From Lama glama (lineage: Eukaryota): a stretch of 64,000 nucleotides of DNA. Both the position numbers and the translations under genes were made by a program. Every line of letters begins with the position of its first letter. Within the stretch, counting starts at the first letter, position 1. The stretch covers positions 89,034,001 through 89,098,000 of the forward strand of contig CM052817.1 of the NCBI GenBank assembly GCA_028534125.1, read 5' to 3'. Positions 60,773-64,000 of the stretch are shown here, piece by piece. Under the pieces are notes generated by a model. The model had not been told where the DNA came from. It was given only the letters and a program-made list of their open reading frames with translations, and did not search any database.

Positions 60773-63091
60773 TGTGGGAAATAGTTATATTAATGGCTTC
60801 TGCCAATCCTAGTAGCTATGAGCTTATATAGTTCCCTCCCACAATGACTGAGCTCAACCATGTGACTTATCTTTAGCCAAGGAACATAAGCCAATGTGAC
60901 ATAAACAGAGACTTTTTAAATGTTTATATATTGAGGTTTCTCTTCTTGGAAACTAGCTTCATCTAAGGATGCCCAAACTAGCCTACGGAAAAGCCATGTG
61001 TAGGAAAATTGAGGTAATCTGACTGACAGCACCAAAGAACTGACAGTCAAGTGACTAGCCATCCAGGACCAGCCAGTCCCCAATCAACATGTCAACTGAC
61101 AGCAAAAGCATGAGGGAGAAAGGCTGACACCACATAAAGCAGCCTCACGTACCTCAGTGCCAAAGTTGGTAACCTATAATAGAAAACATATAAATGGTTG
61201 CTTTTTTAAGTCGCTGAGATTTTGATGATTTGTTTTGCAGCAACAGATAATAAATACAGAAATTGGCACTGGATTTGCAGTGCTACTGAAAACCTAAAAC
61301 ATGAGACAACGGCTTCAAGATTAGGGATAGGTGCTAACCAAAAATGTATGAGACGGCAGTATGTCATGTCTAGATAAGACCAGAAAGTAGGTGTGAAACT
61401 ATTATTGGAGGCTGATAAAAAGGAAACTCATGTTATAGAGTAGCAAAATAAGTGGCAAATAGTATCACTCAGTAACTTGGAAGATTAAAAAATATTAATA
61501 ATAACCTAAAGTTTTTGTGCATCTGGCTAAGTAAATTTCTAGAAAAAAAATTGAAAATATTAGAATTTCTAGTGCATATGACATGGTACTTCATTCAAGA
61601 ATTACTAAAAAAGTTAAGTATTCACTTTTTAAGCAGAATTTAGAGGAAACTGAAAATGCAGTACATGGTGTCTGGGATGAAGAATAAAATCGTGTGTATC
61701 TCTTATTAGGCAAGATACTCACATAAGAAATGACCTGGTTTGTGACTGTAAGACCCCTTCATAAAACGTTGGAAATTTTCAAGTTGGTGTTTAAAGACCC
61801 TCTTATTTATACAACATTTATAAGAATGTTAATAGTTCAGTCCCACAGCAGCCTGACAAAAGCAAAGTAAAGATTGTCTTTAAAAGAATTATGAAAGTGG
61901 CTTATGAATCATGGAGTAAATGTCAATAAGATTCATGAGTAACACTCAAAGAATTTAAAATAATTGTATTTAAAAGAGCACCTAAAGACTGGACAGTAAG
62001 AAATTGAGATGATTCAAAATGAAAAAACAAAATCCTCTACTTTTCTAACTTTCTTTGATAAGGAAACATTGTGAAAGCTATTCAGCTGCAAACATGGCCA
62101 TTACTGATGGAAAAGGAATGATCTCTCAGAGGGCAGAACCAACAGCCCAAATGACAGATCTAAGCTACATGGAGAAAATTGGAAAGGGAGTTTCACCAAA
62201 GAACTGGAACTGGGCTCTAATCAATGAAAATTTTCTGTCCCTAGGATAGGGGGTCTGAAAAATGTGTGTCTGACTGAATTTTAAAATTTCTGTGATCCAG
62301 TGTTCCTATGTGCTTTCTATTACTTCTGTTACTTTGAATAGAAATGTAAAAATCCATTGTTGTGTCCCTCTCCTAACTTTGCATGTGGAATGTCAAATAG
62401 ATATCCTTTTGTTTTAATTCTGAAGTCCATGTATAAAGAGGAGAAATACTCAAGGATATCAAAAAGCTTCATCTGCATCTTGATGTAATTCAGATCCTGA
62501 GACCGTGACATTTAGACTTAATGTCTGACTATTTGAGCTTTGAGATATCTTAGAAGAGGCTAAGTATATTTTTCATGAAGTAAGGTTGTGACTTATTAGA
62601 GCCACATTCTATGGTATGTTGTCACATTAATATGTAGCAATGAATTATACCTCATGGTTATCCTGACCTTTGTGTAATCTCTTCTCATACTGAGTCTAAA
62701 CTTCAGCTTATTTTGACCAATGGGACATTGAAACCTGTGACAGAGGTAGAGGCTTAATAACCTCATGCACCAACACTTGTCCTTTTGAAACTCAGTGACC
62801 ATGTGAGTAATCCTAAACTAGCTGTGGAGAGGGCATGGAGAGGATATACTGATACTTCAGCTGACAGTTGCAGTCAAACCACACATGTAAATAAGGAAAT
62901 CTGGGACCAGACAGCATTCAACCAACCTGCCGTCTGACTGCAAACATGTGATTAATGCTTCCTCACATTACCTGGAACACAGTCAGGCCATCTCTACTGA
63001 CCTCTGCCCAAATTCCCAACCCATAGAATTGTGGTAAAAAACAAGTTTGTGTTTTAGGCCACTAGGTGTGGGAGTATATATAAATGATACA
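60773..63091 (+). mobile_element. MaLR (MLT1G-like) provirus: LTR 60773-61258, internal 61259-62609, LTR 62610-63091
   Basis: The first LTR ends ttgttttgcagcaacagataataaataca and is followed by the MaLR-int start gaaattggcactgg. The second LTR has ttttgaccaatgggacattga...ttttaggccactagg...tgataca. Confidence 0.85.
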
Positions 63092-63420
63092 GCTAGTAAA
63101 GTGTCCTAGTGTAAAGTATTTGTCTACTCTCATGGTCACAGAAATGGAAATTATATGTATTTTGTTATAACATATTTTATGAAAATTTTAACATATTTAC
63201 TTCAAAGCAGAAAAAAAATAGTGAAATATGCATACCACCCATATATTATCAAGAAGATATTCCATGTATAATACTTACACAAGAGTAAAATGAATTATTA
63301 GAGAACATTTTCACAATGCATATCTAGTATATTGGTGTATATTGATGATCAATACATTAGAAATGCATGTGTATATTTCTTATCCTGAGAAATTTAAATA
63401 TTTTCACAAGGCAAAATAAG

Positions 63421-63440
63421 GCTAGCTAGCTAGCTAGCTA
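63421..63440. repeat. (GCTA)5 microsatellite
   Basis: gctagctagctagctagcta. Confidence 0.9.
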
Positions 63441-64000
63441 TGTAATCTATCAATCTATTATCTATCTCCAAATGTACATTGCTATGCATTAATAGTGAAA
63501 AAAAAGACATTAAAAGTTTTTAAGTAACTTGAAAAACACTAAGAAATTTCAGATCTATTTTGCCTTATCATGGTGCTGTAACATTCAGTATGCTTTCAAT
63601 AAATATTATAGTTATTATTATTGTCAAGAATATTATTGTACTAGCAAAATCTCAACACACACTATAAACTATGTAAGTTGATTTTGTCTGTACTTAATTC
63701 CAATTCCATTCCAAATATGATTGACTCTTCTACTTGTTTTACTCATTCTTTGGCAATCAGGATGTGTCTGGTGACGATGCTTAAAAAATGTGAATATTTC
63801 TGTAAAACCACTCTGTGTATATAAAATGCATTGAAAATAATAACATCATAAAGGTGCTTTCATTATGATTAACTTACAACTCAGAAATGCTTTAAAGACA
63901 GATTTTTAGTGATAAATCTTGAAGCATGGCAAGCTTACAATACTGTTTTCTATGCTCATCAAATATGAGATGAGTAGATTATTATGATGGTAGTTTTGAA

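Overview
AT-rich mammalian genomic DNA, dominated by transposable elements, with no intact protein-coding gene, RNA gene or CRISPR array that I can support. It is most likely camelid (Camelus/Vicugna), judging from a tRNA-Ala-derived Vic-1-type SINE and camelid/cetartiodactyl-type L1 3' ends. Old elements include L2, MIR, MER5/MER20/MER96-type hAT elements, a Tigger2a-type element, L1M fragments, MaLR (MLT1) LTRs and proviruses, and ERVL LTRs (MLT2, LTR16). Younger elements include L1 3' ends with target-site duplications (TSDs) and several ERV1-type LTRs. The best-resolved structure is a two-LTR ERV1-type provirus on the minus strand (50637-56550). It has a 4-bp TSD, a tRNA-Arg primer-binding site, an env TM remnant and a duplicated 3'-terminal module, but no recognisable gag/pol. 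The most interesting unexplained signal is a set of repeat-free, slightly GC-richer islands in the first ~28 kb with minus-strand splice sites and long, stop-poor minus-strand frames. These may be a decayed multi-exon gene or lncRNA, but I could not identify it. There are two assembly gaps (100 N and 500 N). Repeat family names come from remembered consensus sequences, not a database search, and boundaries of old repeats are approximate. I found no well-supported novel biological system.
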